Shown: positions 41,782 through 51,055 of the stretch, piece after piece
How positions within the stretch are numbered: the first letter of the stretch is position 1
Layout: each line of letters opens with the position of its first letter
Assembly (NCBI GenBank): GCA_031396905.1
Contig: JANNLP010000383.1
Location: 1-57,313, forward strand
Direction of reading: 5' to 3'
DNA: 57,313 nucleotides
From: Gemmataceae bacterium
Lineage (GTDB): Bacteria; Planctomycetota; Planctomycetia; Gemmatales; Gemmataceae
The notes under the pieces: generated by a model
Told to the model about the DNA's origin: nothing
Database searches by the model: none
Seen by the model: the letters and a program-made list of their open reading frames with translations, nothing else
Position numbers and translations under genes: made by a program

Positions 41782-42990
41782 TCACACCGACGCGACTACC
41801 GGCAATCGCTTTCGGCCGTTCAGCTTTTGGTCGACTCGTTCAACTTGATTGGCTTCCCAACTCTTCAACTCATCCATCAATGCATCGACCATATCTTCTT
41901 CCAACACATGGCGGACAATTTCGCCGTTGCGGTAGATCACGCCCTTGCCATTACCAGCGGCAATGCCAATGTCGGCCTCCTGCGCTTCGCCAGGACCGTT
42001 GACGATACAGCCCAGCACGCTGATCTTGACCGGCGTTTTCTTGCCTTCAAGACGATGCTCCAGTTCGGCGATGATCTTTTCCAGGTCAATTGCCAGTCGG
42101 CCACAGGTCGGGCAGGCAATGATTTCGGGTTTGCGCACGCGCCGGCCCGTCGCTTGCAGAATGTCAAAGCATGCGGCCACTTCTGGAACCGGGTCGCCAA
42201 GCAGGCTGACGCGGATGGTGTCGCCGATGCCGTCCAGCAATATGGGCGCTAAGCCGCAAGCGGACTTCAAAGTCGCATACGGCGGCTTGCCCGCTTCGGT
42301 GACGCCGATGTGTGTCGGGTAATTCGCTTGCTTGGCATACAAGCGGTACGCTTCGACGACGGTACGGACATCCGATGATTTCAACGACACGATCATGTCG
42401 TGATAACCTTCGCTCTCCGCAATCTCGATATAACGGATCGCCGAATCGACCATGGCTGGCGGACAGGGGTAGCCGTATTTCATGGCAAATTCGCGTTCGA
42501 GGCTGCCGGCGTTCACGCCGATGCGCATCGGCACACCCTTGTCTTTGCACTTGCGCAAGACCTGGCGGAAGCGATCCATGCCGCCGATGTTGCCGGGGTT
42601 GATGCGAATCTTGTCCACCGAATGATCGAGAGCTGCCAGCGCCATCTTGTAATCGAAATGAATGTCGCAAATCAGCGGCACGCGCATGTGCTTCTTGATT
42701 TCGCCCAGCACGGCGGCGTCTTCCGCTTTCGGCACGGTGACGCGGATCAGTTCGCAGCCGGCCTCTTCCAACGCGTGAATCTGCGGCAACAACTGATCGA
42801 GCAAATGCGTGTCCGGCACGGTCATCGATTGGACGCGAATGTCGTTGTCGCCGCCGATGCCGACGCCGCCCACCGCGACCTCGCGCGTCTTATGCCGTTG
42901 AAATGGCGATTGATACAGATTCGCCGGCGGTGTCAGTTCGCCGTTGGCCTCCATTGCGCGCGTCTCCACGATAGAAGTTCTCCTGCTCAA
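41782..42990 (-). CDS. ispG: 4-hydroxy-3-methylbut-2-en-1-yl diphosphate synthase (flavodoxin)
   Basis: It has VQSMT, IRVTVP, ICDIHFDYKMAL, IRINPGNIG, ACPTCGR and GCIVNGPGE. The true start may be Met-13 (42954). Confidence 0.93.
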   Translation of the reverse strand: MSRRTSIVETRAMEANGELTPPANLYQSPFQRHKTREVAVGGVGIGGDNDIRVQSMTVPDTHLLDQLLPQIHALEEAGCELIRVTVPKAEDAAVLGEIKKHMRVPLICDIHFDYKMALAALDHSVDKIRINPGNIGGMDRFRQVLRKCKDKGVPMRIGVNAGSLEREFAMKYGYPCPPAMVDSAIRYIEIAESEGYHDMIVSLKSSDVRTVVEAYRLYAKQANYPTHIGVTEAGKPPYATLKSACGLAPILLDGIGDTIRVSLLGDPVPEVAACFDILQATGRRVRKPEIIACPTCGRLAIDLEKIIAELEHRLEGKKTPVKISVLGCIVNGPGEAQEADIGIAAGNGKGVIYRNGEIVRHVLEEDMVDALMDELKSWEANQVERVDQKLNGRKRLPVVASV

Positions 42991-43069
42991 TTTTTACCAT
43001 AACGGCTACGACACGGTAACCCCATCAAGCGAACCGCCACGCCGGCGGCAAAACAACTATCATCGCAGT

Positions 43070-43996
43070 ATGGCTTTCCGCTCTACACCTGACGGCGGGC
43101 ACGTGCCCGTCATGCTGGCTGAAGTGATGCTAGCGCTCGACCCGAAGCCGGGCGAGATAGCCGTTGATTGCACGCTCGGTGCAGCGGGTCACGCCGTCGA
43201 GTTGCTAAAGCGTGTCGGCCCCACCGGCCGGCTCATTGCCAGTGATCTTGATCCAGCGAACCTCGAACCTGCCCGAACTACACTAGCGACAATCGGCGAA
43301 AACTTCGAGCTTCATGCGACAAACTTTGCCGGCATGGCGCGGTTGCTGCCAGAGGGCGGGGACGTGGTATTGGCCGACCTCGGCGTATCGAGCATGCAGA
43401 TTGATGATCCGGGCCGTGGCTTTTCATACCGTCGGCCAGGACCGCTGGATATGCGCATGGACCCGAAGCGGGGTCGGCCGGTTTCGGAATTACTGCCCAC
43501 GATGTCAGTCGATGATCTGGCCAAGGCTTTGCGCGAGCTGGGCGACTTCGACGAGTTTGGGCCGCAAGCCGCGGAGAAGTTGGCCAGTGTGATCGCGCAG
43601 TCGCCGCCGACAACGACGGAACAACTCACGGAAATGATTGTTAAACATGTCCCGCCGCCGCCCGCGCCGGTGGGCAAACTTGTTAAGCCTTGGCAATTGA
43701 AGTATCGACCGGTGGCGTGCGCCTATCAAGCTCTGCGAATTCTGGTTAACCGTGAGCTAGCGAATCTGACGGAGTTATTGCGGGCATTGCCAGCCGCGCT
43801 AAAGCCCGGTGGCCGCGTTGCCGTGATCTCATTTCACAGCGGCGAGGATCGCCTGGTCAAACAATCGTTCCGCGATGGCCAGCGCACCGGCGTGTATGCA
43901 TCCGTTGCCGACGAAGCCATCCGCGCCAGCTACAACGAGCGCCAAACCAACCCGCGCTCACGCTCGGCGAAACTGCGCTGGGCCAAGCGCGGTTAG
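43070..43996 (+). CDS. rsmH: 16S rRNA (cytosine1402-N4)-methyltransferase
   Basis: It has HVPVMLAEVM, DCTLGAAGHA, DLGVSSMQID..RGFSY and ISFHSGEDRLVK. Confidence 0.92.
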   Translation: MAFRSTPDGGHVPVMLAEVMLALDPKPGEIAVDCTLGAAGHAVELLKRVGPTGRLIASDLDPANLEPARTTLATIGENFELHATNFAGMARLLPEGGDVVLADLGVSSMQIDDPGRGFSYRRPGPLDMRMDPKRGRPVSELLPTMSVDDLAKALRELGDFDEFGPQAAEKLASVIAQSPPTTTEQLTEMIVKHVPPPPAPVGKLVKPWQLKYRPVACAYQALRILVNRELANLTELLRALPAALKPGGRVAVISFHSGEDRLVKQSFRDGQRTGVYASVADEAIRASYNERQTNPRSRSAKLRWAKRG

Positions 43997-44030
43997 CCGC
44001 GACGCGAAGGTACTCCGAAGCGGAGCGCGT
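43991..44030. repeat. 40-nt palindromic element (second copy at 53056-53095), here spanning the rsmH stop codon and the convergent intergenic spacer
   Basis: ggttagccgcgacgcgaaggtactccgaagcggagcgcgt is 39/40 identical to 53056-53095. The internal stems are gacgcg/cgcgtc and ctccg/cggag. Confidence 0.8.
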
Positions 44031-44037
44031 CACCGCA

Positions 44038-44715
44038 TCACGCCTTCATCGCCACCTTCAGCCGGGCTTGCACCGCTTCCCAATTGACGACATTCCACCA
44101 GGCGTCGACATAATCGGCGCGTTTGTTTTGATATTTCAAGTAATAGGCATGTTCCCACACGTCCACACCGAAGATGGGAAAGCGGCCGTCGGTCAACGGC
44201 GTATTCTGGTTCGCGCTGGGCAATACAGACACATTCTTTTCCTTGGCATCCCACACAACCCATGCCCAGCCGCTGCCGAACTGGCCCAGCGCCGTTTCCT
44301 TGACGGCCTTCTTGAGTGAATCGAGATCGGCACCCCACGCCTTCAAAAAGTCATCCGACGGCTTGCCGCCGTTCTTGGCCATGATCTGCCAGAACATGCT
44401 GTGGTTGTAATGCCCGCCGCCGTTGTTGATGATTGCTTGCTGCTTGGCTTCCGGCAGCGACTTCACGTTTTTCAGGACATCTTCGATCGGCTTCTTCAGC
44501 CATTCGGTGCCTTCGAGAGCCTTATTGAGATTGTCCACATAAGTTTTGTGATGCTTGCCATGATGAATCTCCATGGTCTTGGCGTCGATGTGTGGTTCCA
44601 GCGCATCGACGGCGTAGGGCAGGGCCGGCAGCGTGAAGCCATCGGCCACGTGGGCGAAAGCGGGCTTGGCCAAAAGGGCGGCGCCGGTCACGGCGAGCAT
44701 TTCACGGCGGTTCAT
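44038..44715 (-). CDS. Fe/Mn-family superoxide dismutase with an N-terminal Tat-like signal peptide
   Basis: LPALPYAVDALEPHIDAKTMEIHHGKHH and DVWEHAYYLKYQN are SOD motifs. The N-terminus is MNRREMLAVTGAALLAKPAFA. Confidence 0.92.
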   Translation of the reverse strand: MNRREMLAVTGAALLAKPAFAHVADGFTLPALPYAVDALEPHIDAKTMEIHHGKHHKTYVDNLNKALEGTEWLKKPIEDVLKNVKSLPEAKQQAIINNGGGHYNHSMFWQIMAKNGGKPSDDFLKAWGADLDSLKKAVKETALGQFGSGWAWVVWDAKEKNVSVLPSANQNTPLTDGRFPIFGVDVWEHAYYLKYQNKRADYVDAWWNVVNWEAVQARLKVAMKA

Positions 44716-44747
44716 CGTGTGTACCTCTGAAGGATGTTTCTTGCTAT

Positions 44748-45449
44748 TCACGATACTTCGTTGGCGGCCATATTCCAGTAATCGGGCAATGGCGCTTCCA
44801 CAGTTTGCGGTTCGTAACTGATCGGATGCAGAAACGTCAGCGAACGGGCATGGAGGGCAATGAGCCGATCGCGCGGCAACTCGGCCGGTGGCCCGAAGGA
44901 CGTTTTCGATCCATACAGCACGTCACCGAGAATGGGCCAACCGCGTGAGGCCGCTTGAATTCGCAGTTGATGCATCCGGCCCGTATGCGGCGACATTTCG
45001 AGTAGTGTGGTCGCGGCTCGCTGTTCCAGCACGCGATAGGCCGTCTCGGCTCGACGAGCATCCGGTGAACCCTCGGTCACAATTTCAGCGCGGGCTTCAT
45101 CCTGAATCTTGTGGAGCCAGTCTTGCCACACGCCAGTTGTCGGCATCACGATTCCGTCAACCAATGCCCAATACACCTTGGTGACTTGTCGCTCGCGGAA
45201 CTGCTCGGCCAATCGCGCGGCAGCTTTAGATGACTTGGCAAAAAGGACGACGCCCGAAACCGGTCGATCCAGCCGGTGCGGCACGCCAAGATAAACGTTG
45301 CCCGGCTTGTCGTATTTGATGCGAATGTAGTCGCGTGCCCAGGCCCAGAGAGTCGGCAGACCCACGGGCAGTCCTTGCGTCAACAACCCGCCGGGCTTGG
45401 CCAGCGCTAGGCAGTGATTGTCTTCAAAAAGAACGGCCGGCTCATTCAT
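44748..45449 (-). CDS. RluA-family pseudouridine synthase (second paralogue)
   Basis: It has HRLDRPVSGVVLFAKSSKAAARL, KVYWALVDG and HQLRIQA. Confidence 0.9.
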   Translation of the reverse strand: MNEPAVLFEDNHCLALAKPGGLLTQGLPVGLPTLWAWARDYIRIKYDKPGNVYLGVPHRLDRPVSGVVLFAKSSKAAARLAEQFRERQVTKVYWALVDGIVMPTTGVWQDWLHKIQDEARAEIVTEGSPDARRAETAYRVLEQRAATTLLEMSPHTGRMHQLRIQAASRGWPILGDVLYGSKTSFGPPAELPRDRLIALHARSLTFLHPISYEPQTVEAPLPDYWNMAANEVS

Positions 45450-46816
45450 TCGGCCGCGGTCGTCTTGGCGAGTTGTTCGCGGATGTGTTCGAGGGCTTTA
45501 TCCAGCACTTTGTCCGTGAATGGGGCTTCCATTTTCTCGCGCAGCTTTTCCGGAACGTTGCCGGTCTTGCCCGCGACAATGTCCCGAAAACGCCTACCTT
45601 CAAAATACTCCTTGCGTTCCTTGTCATTCAACACAATCTCGAAGCCGGGACTGGGCCGGACACCCCAATCATCCGCTTCCCGCGCCTCCTGGAACCGATG
45701 AATATTCTTGCCGTTGGGCCGCGAGTAACTGGCGATGGTTATTTTCAGCGCCGTTTTGCGGCCTTCAAGAGTGTGAAAGCTCTGCACGCTGCCTTTGCCA
45801 TAACTGCGTTCGCCAATGATGGTGGCGCGATTGTGGTCCTGCAGGGCGGCCGCGACGATCTCACTGGCGCTGGCGCTGAAGTGATCGATCAACACGGCAA
45901 TCGGATGATCGGCAGCCGGCTCGAGAAGATCGTTGCCGGGTTTGGCGCTGAAGGTCTCATTGTCTTCGGACCGGCGGCGGTGCGTGCTGACAATCGCACC
46001 CGAAGTCAGGAACATGTCGGAAATCTCGACGGCACTCTTCAGTAAGCCGCCGGGGTTCGCGCGCAAGTCGAGGATCAATCCCTTGATGCCCTGAACTTGC
46101 AACTCTTCAAGTACCTTCCGCAGCTCGGCTGTTGTCGGTTCGTCGAACTCGAGAACACGGACGTAGGCGATCTTTTTGTCCTTATCGATGAAGAAGTCCC
46201 ATTCGCGTTGATCGCTGGTCTTGCGGACGTCACCGACGATCGTGGGTACCTCGATGGTCGCCCTCTTCAACGGCACTTGAATCGGTTCGGCTTCACCGTC
46301 GCGCAAGACCGTCAGCGTCAGCGGCGTGCCCGGCTCGCCGAGGATTAATTCAATCGCATCGCTGGATCGCTTGCTCTCAAGAGATACGCCATTGACCTGG
46401 GTGATGATATCGCCGGGTTGAATGCCAGCCTCGTAAGCCGGAGTGCCGGCAATCGGACTGGTCACCAGCAAACCTTTGTTGTTCTGGTCGCGCAACACGC
46501 TGATGCCGATGCCGCCAAACTTGCCCCGACTCTTGATGCGAAACTGCTGGAGTTCGCGTTCGTTGAAATAGTTGGTGTGCGGGTCGAGTCGCTCCAAGCC
46601 GCCTTCGATCATGTTTTCAACGAGTTCACGCCGGCTCTTGGCGTCCAATTCGCGGACATAGTTCTGATCGACCGCGTTCACGACTTCCGCGAACAGCCGG
46701 ATCAATTCGTAGTCTTCCTGATGCTCCCGTCCCACCGGGGCACTGTAGGCGAAGACCAGACCGGTCACGATGATGGTGGGGATGCTGACGAGCCAGGCGA
46801 GATTCCAGCGGTTCAT
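45446..46816 (-). CDS. S41-family C-terminal processing peptidase with PDZ domain
   Basis: It has a PDZ segment (GIGISVL...GTPAYEAGIQPGDIITQVNG), LILDLRANPGGLL and SASASEIVAAALQD. The start was set at MNRWNLAWLVSIP (membrane anchor). Confidence 0.9.
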   Translation of the reverse strand: MNRWNLAWLVSIPTIIVTGLVFAYSAPVGREHQEDYELIRLFAEVVNAVDQNYVRELDAKSRRELVENMIEGGLERLDPHTNYFNERELQQFRIKSRGKFGGIGISVLRDQNNKGLLVTSPIAGTPAYEAGIQPGDIITQVNGVSLESKRSSDAIELILGEPGTPLTLTVLRDGEAEPIQVPLKRATIEVPTIVGDVRKTSDQREWDFFIDKDKKIAYVRVLEFDEPTTAELRKVLEELQVQGIKGLILDLRANPGGLLKSAVEISDMFLTSGAIVSTHRRRSEDNETFSAKPGNDLLEPAADHPIAVLIDHFSASASEIVAAALQDHNRATIIGERSYGKGSVQSFHTLEGRKTALKITIASYSRPNGKNIHRFQEAREADDWGVRPSPGFEIVLNDKERKEYFEGRRFRDIVAGKTGNVPEKLREKMEAPFTDKVLDKALEHIREQLAKTTAAE

Positions 46817-47073
46817 AGACCGGCTCCGGTGGTCGAAAGGACGGTTTCCGGGATTATAACGGGTCGGTCGCCGCGCCGGCACACCATTCCTGCGGGACAC
46901 ACCGTGTGAACCGTGTAAGCCGACGCTGCCGACTCGGTAAACTCTGGCGCATTTGCGCCGGGCTGACCTACAATTCTCTTTGCTAATCGCCAATATCTAC
47001 TCGATTGCCACCCCTTCGCCAGCTTATCCTGTCTACCTGATCGAAAGACTCGACCTACGCGGAGAAACTTAAC

Positions 47074-47916
47074 ATGTACAGCATCGTGGTTGCCGCCATG
47101 CTCACGACGGGAACTCCCGCCCCGGCATTCGGCGGTTTGTTTAACCGCGGGGGCGAATCGTGCCTCGGCGGCTGTCAAGGCTGCAACGGCGGCAGTTGTT
47201 ATGGGTGCGCTGGCTGCACAGGCTGCCAGGGGTGTTGCGGAGGCTACGGCTTCCTCGGCATTCGCGACTTCTTTTCCAATGCGTTTGGCTCCGGCAGCTG
47301 CAACGGCTGTTGCGGCGGATGCAATGGCTGCTACGGCTCCATGAGTTGCTACGGCGGTTGCATGGGAAGTTGCATGGGCGGTTGCCAAGGCAGCTATTCC
47401 ATGGGTGGTTACGGCATGTCATCCTCGGGCTATGAAATGCCAATGGGCGCATACGCCTCCATGCCAATGAACAGCTATGGCACGATGCCTATGAATCCTT
47501 ATGGCATGTCTACCGATGCGATGCCGTACTCCATGCCGCAAGGCAACGTGATGAACTCGGTGCCGCCGCTGAATATGCCGAACCAGTTGCCGATGGGTCC
47601 GCCGCCACAAGCGGCCGATGCGACCGTGCCCGCGAATCAGGCGACCGTGGTGGTCAACCTCCCGGCCGACGCGCGCTTGTATGTCGAAAAACACCTGATG
47701 ACTCTAACGGGAACCACCCGCGCGTTCCGCACTCCCGATTTGGCGCCCGGCTCAAAATACAACTACACGATTCGCATGGAAGTCGAACGTAGCGGCAAAA
47801 TGATCGAAAAGACGGAAACGATTACTGTTGAGCCGGGCAAGCGCACGCAAGTGTCGTTCGCCGACCCCGGCGAAGGCGGCGCCTTGACCCGCGCCCAAAT
47901 CGCTTACATTCAATAA
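47074..47916 (+). CDS. TIGR03000-domain protein with N-terminal Cys/Gly-rich and central Met/Pro/Tyr-rich regions
   Basis: The C-terminal ATVVVNLPADARLYVEKHLMTLTGTTRAFRTPDLAPGSKYNYTIRMEV matches the Planctomycete TIGR03000 pattern. GGAG lies upstream of the ATG. Confidence 0.85.
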   Translation: MYSIVVAAMLTTGTPAPAFGGLFNRGGESCLGGCQGCNGGSCYGCAGCTGCQGCCGGYGFLGIRDFFSNAFGSGSCNGCCGGCNGCYGSMSCYGGCMGSCMGGCQGSYSMGGYGMSSSGYEMPMGAYASMPMNSYGTMPMNPYGMSTDAMPYSMPQGNVMNSVPPLNMPNQLPMGPPPQAADATVPANQATVVVNLPADARLYVEKHLMTLTGTTRAFRTPDLAPGSKYNYTIRMEVERSGKMIEKTETITVEPGKRTQVSFADPGEGGALTRAQIAYIQ

Positions 47917-47941
47917 TGCGTCTACGGCTATCCGCGAAGTG

Positions 47942-47980
47942 AACGACGGCGGAAGGACTCCACCGTCGTTTGCTTTTTTC
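47942..47980 (+). terminator. Rho-independent terminator
   Basis: The stem aacgacgg / ccgtcgtt (47942-49 / 47963-70) is followed by tgcTTTTTTc. It lies between the convergent TIGR03000 gene and rpsT. Confidence 0.75.
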
Positions 47981-47985
47981 TTCGG

Positions 47986-48261
47986 CTAGACCTTAGCAGT
48001 CTTCTTCGCCAGCAGCTTTTTTGCCAACTGCGACTTCTTGCGGGCGGCGGCGTTCGGGTGAATGGTGCGCTTGGCGGCCGCTTTGTCGAGCTTGCCGGCG
48101 GCTTCGTTATAAGCCTTCTGCAAAGCGGCCGCATCGCCGGTCTTGACGGTGGCGTCGAAGGCCTTCAACTGCTTGGTGATGGCACGAATGCGGCCCTTGT
48201 TCCGCAGTCGGCCCTTTTCGTATTGACGATGACGCTTCTCGGCCGACTTCGTGTGAGGCAT
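47986..48261 (-). CDS. rpsT: 30S ribosomal protein S20
   Basis: MPHTKSAEKRHRQYEKGRLRNKGRIRAITKQLK... Confidence 0.93.
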   Translation of the reverse strand: MPHTKSAEKRHRQYEKGRLRNKGRIRAITKQLKAFDATVKTGDAAALQKAYNEAAGKLDKAAAKRTIHPNAAARKKSQLAKKLLAKKTAKV

Positions 48262-48290
48262 CGAAACCTTCCCCTATCGATTCAATTGAA

Positions 48291-49157
48291 TTAGACTTCG
48301 CCCACCTTGAGGCGGACGAACTTTTCGGCTTGCAGCTTGGCTTCCGTCAGAAGCTGGCCCACGGACTTCTTGCCGTACTTACCCTGGTTGGCGATCGGTT
48401 GATCGAGCAGCACGTTTTCGCTGAGCCAGGTGTTGAACTTGCCTTCGGCAATCTTGTCCACCACGTTGGCGGGTTTGCCCGCCGCCTGTTGGTCGGCTTG
48501 CTGCCGGGCAAATGTCTTTTCGCGTTCCATCACGTCGGCAGGCAACTCGCTCGACTTCATGTACGCCGGCTTCAGTGCTACGACGTGAGCGCAGATATCG
48601 CGGAGCAGTTCCTGGTCGGGCGTCCCCTCGCCGGAGACTTGCAGCAACACGCCGTTGGCGCCATCGTGGTGGATGTACGAGCCGCACACGCCGGGGAAAC
48701 GGACGAACCGCGCCACCCGCATGTTCTCGCGAATCAGGCCGACGACATCTTCGAGCCGCTGCATCACTGTCTTGTTGGCGTCGTCGCAGAACGGTTGCGT
48801 CATCAGCGCTTCGACGGTGGGCGGGTTCTTCAACGCCACATGCTTCGCGATGTCGTTGCCCAGCGCGACGAAGCGGTCGTTCTTCACGACCGATGGCGAC
48901 TCGCAGCGAATCTCGACGATGGCGCCAACTTTAGCATCGTTGTCGCAAAAGATGGCGACGCGGCCTTCGGCAGTTTCGCGGGCACCCTTTTCACCGCCGA
49001 GGAACTTGGCCCCCTCCTCGCGGAGGATGAGCATGGCTTTGTCCATGTCGCCGCCGGCTTTCTCCAGCGCGGCTTTGCACTTCATCATCGGCATGTCGGT
49101 GCGGTCACGCAATTCGCGGACGGCGGTAGCGGAAATGTTGCTCATCGGCGTACCCAT
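48291..49157 (-). CDS. tsf: Translation elongation factor Ts
   Basis: It has the UBA-like N-terminus (VRELRDRTDMPMMKCKAALEKAGGDMDKAMLILREEG) and is 288 aa. An alternative start is at 49145. Confidence 0.93.
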   Translation of the reverse strand: MGTPMSNISATAVRELRDRTDMPMMKCKAALEKAGGDMDKAMLILREEGAKFLGGEKGARETAEGRVAIFCDNDAKVGAIVEIRCESPSVVKNDRFVALGNDIAKHVALKNPPTVEALMTQPFCDDANKTVMQRLEDVVGLIRENMRVARFVRFPGVCGSYIHHDGANGVLLQVSGEGTPDQELLRDICAHVVALKPAYMKSSELPADVMEREKTFARQQADQQAAGKPANVVDKIAEGKFNTWLSENVLLDQPIANQGKYGKKSVGQLLTEAKLQAEKFVRLKVGEV

Positions 49158-49215
49158 ATTCGTACTGGCGGTCTCCTTCTCCCGGAGACACGGTCGGCAG
49201 GCGGTTTGTTCGGGG

Positions 49216-50091
49216 TTACTGCACGGCAGCGGCCATCGGCGGAGACGGCGGCGAGCCTAACGGCGTCGGCGGTGTTCGTGGCCGATATTGGTTGGCCGCC
49301 TGTTCCGGTGACAATGCCGCCTTGCCTTCGAGCACGGCATCGCACAACCGCGACACGACCAATTCAATGGATCGCAAGCTGTCATCGTTGCCCGGGATTG
49401 GCAAATCAACCAGGTCCGGATCGCTGTCGGTATCGATCAACGCCAACGTCGCCAGACCCATGCGCTTGGCTTCTTTGAGGCCGATCTCTTCCCGCTTCGG
49501 ATCGATAAAGATCACAGCGTCGGGCAGCCGATTCATGTTGCGAATGCCGAGAAGGTTGCGGCGAATCTTCGACAACTCACGGCTCAGCGTGCTGACCATC
49601 TTCTTGGAGTAGCGGCGAATCTCGGCAGACTCAGGCGCTTTTGTCAGGTCAAGTTTGCCGGCGTCGTTCATCATCGTGCGGACGTAGGCCGTCATGTCGA
49701 CGCGATCCGGGTTTTCGCCGGACGGCAGCCACATGGCTTCCAACTCGGCAAGGCGCTTCAAGCGACCACGAATCGTGCGGAAGTTCGTGAGGCAGCCGCC
49801 GAGCCAGCGCTCGCTGACATAGGGCATGCCGCATCGGGCCGATTCACGTTCGAGAATCTCACGGGCTTGGCGCTTGGTGCCGACGAAAAGAACGAGACCG
49901 CCGCGTGAAACGGTTTGGGCAACAAACTTGTGCGCCCGCAGCAGGCCGCGTACAGTTTCCTTCAGATCAATAATGTGGATCAGGTTGCGTTTGCCGTAAA
50001 TGTACGGCCGCATCTTGGGGTTCCAGCGGCTGGCCCGGTGCCCATAATGCACACCGGCTTCAATGAGGTCCTTTACCTGAACGATGGCCAC
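49216..50091 (-). CDS. rpsB: 30S ribosomal protein S2
   Basis: [35 protein letters not shown]... It has a C-terminal Pro-rich extension. Confidence 0.93.
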   Translation of the reverse strand: MAIVQVKDLIEAGVHYGHRASRWNPKMRPYIYGKRNLIHIIDLKETVRGLLRAHKFVAQTVSRGGLVLFVGTKRQAREILERESARCGMPYVSERWLGGCLTNFRTIRGRLKRLAELEAMWLPSGENPDRVDMTAYVRTMMNDAGKLDLTKAPESAEIRRYSKKMVSTLSRELSKIRRNLLGIRNMNRLPDAVIFIDPKREEIGLKEAKRMGLATLALIDTDSDPDLVDLPIPGNDDSLRSIELVVSRLCDAVLEGKAALSPEQAANQYRPRTPPTPLGSPPSPPMAAAVQ

Positions 50092-50252
50092 GCACGCGCC
50101 TCCGAAGGAAAACTACCGCGCTCCGCCGAGTCGATACGGCTACCTGCCCTGTCGCACCAGCGCAGGGTCGGGCTGTTAAACTAGCGGGTAAGCCCCCGCC
50201 ATTCAATAAGTTATAGAAAAAACCGTCCCGCCCGGCCGGAGTTCGTGAGAAA

Positions 50253-50984
50253 GTGAACATGCGAATCGTGCCCGTCATGGATGTGCTCAAGGGCGAAGTC
50301 GTGCGAGCGGCCGGCGGCGACCGGTCGAAATACCAGCCAATCGAGAGTGTTCTCTGCCCGACCGGCGAGCCGCTGCCGTTCGCCTATGCCCTGCGCGAGC
50401 GCTTCCAATGCAAGGAAATCTACATTGCCGACTTGGATGCCATCGCAGGCCAACCACCTAACCTGGACCTGATTCGTGGACTGGTTGAACTCGAAATCCT
50501 GCCCTGGGTCGATGCCGGCGTGCGCGATGCAGCGGATGCACTGAGACTGAGGCAAGCCGGAGCGGCCGTCGTGGTCGGCTCGGAGACAATCGCCGGTCCG
50601 GAGGCGTGGGAACGAGTGTTGCGTGCCACGGATTCGCGCCGGCTGGCGTTCTCATTGGACCTGCGCGGTGCCGACGCCGTGGCCCCACATTGGCCAGAAC
50701 GTGATCCTAAACGATTGTTGGAACAGGTCTTTGCTCAAGCCGGCGAAGTTGCCACCGATGCGCCGGCAAGATTGTTCATCATCGATTTGGATCGTATCGG
50801 TGCAGAGCGCGGCGTCGGCACAGAATCACTGTTAGAGCATTGCGTGCAACGCTATCCCGATTGCGAGGTATACGCTGGCGGCGGCCTACGCGGCCCCGGC
50901 GACCTCATGAAACTCGCCCGCCTCGGCATCGCCGGCGTCCTCACATCGTCCGCCCTGCACGAAGGCACGCTTCAACCGAGGTGA
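50253..50984 (+). CDS. HisA/HisF-family TIM-barrel protein (type associated with H4MPT-linked C1 gene clusters)
   Basis: It has IVPVMDVLKGEVVRA, IYIADLDAI, VVVGSETI, LFIIDLDRIGAERG and YAGGGLRGPGDL. Confidence 0.8.
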   Translation: MNMRIVPVMDVLKGEVVRAAGGDRSKYQPIESVLCPTGEPLPFAYALRERFQCKEIYIADLDAIAGQPPNLDLIRGLVELEILPWVDAGVRDAADALRLRQAGAAVVVGSETIAGPEAWERVLRATDSRRLAFSLDLRGADAVAPHWPERDPKRLLEQVFAQAGEVATDAPARLFIIDLDRIGAERGVGTESLLEHCVQRYPDCEVYAGGGLRGPGDLMKLARLGIAGVLTSSALHEGTLQPR

Positions 50985-51046
50985 GCCCGCAGCGCAAGCA
51001 AGGCGAGGGCGTTCAATCTCCCTTCGCCTTGCTTGTGTTCGGGCTC
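50983..51046. repeat. Palindromic element of the AGCCCGCAGCGCAAGCAAGG family (other copy at 26709-26760), in a convergent-gene junction
   Basis: gagcccgcagcgcaagcaaggcga ... tcgccttgcttgtgttcgggctc forms a long imperfect hairpin. It overlaps the TGA of the HisA/F-like gene. Confidence 0.6.
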
Positions 51047-51055
51047 AAGGAGCAG

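Noticed and set aside
47090-47694. Several 84-108-aa ORFs in other frames or on the other strand of the Cys/Gly- and Met-rich region.
   Set aside because: They are artefacts of GGC/TGC-rich low-complexity DNA. The 280-aa frame ends in the recognisable TIGR03000 domain and has an RBS.
48330-49478. A 382-aa plus-strand ORF.
   Set aside because: It is antisense to tsf and the 3' end of rpsB, both of which are unambiguous.
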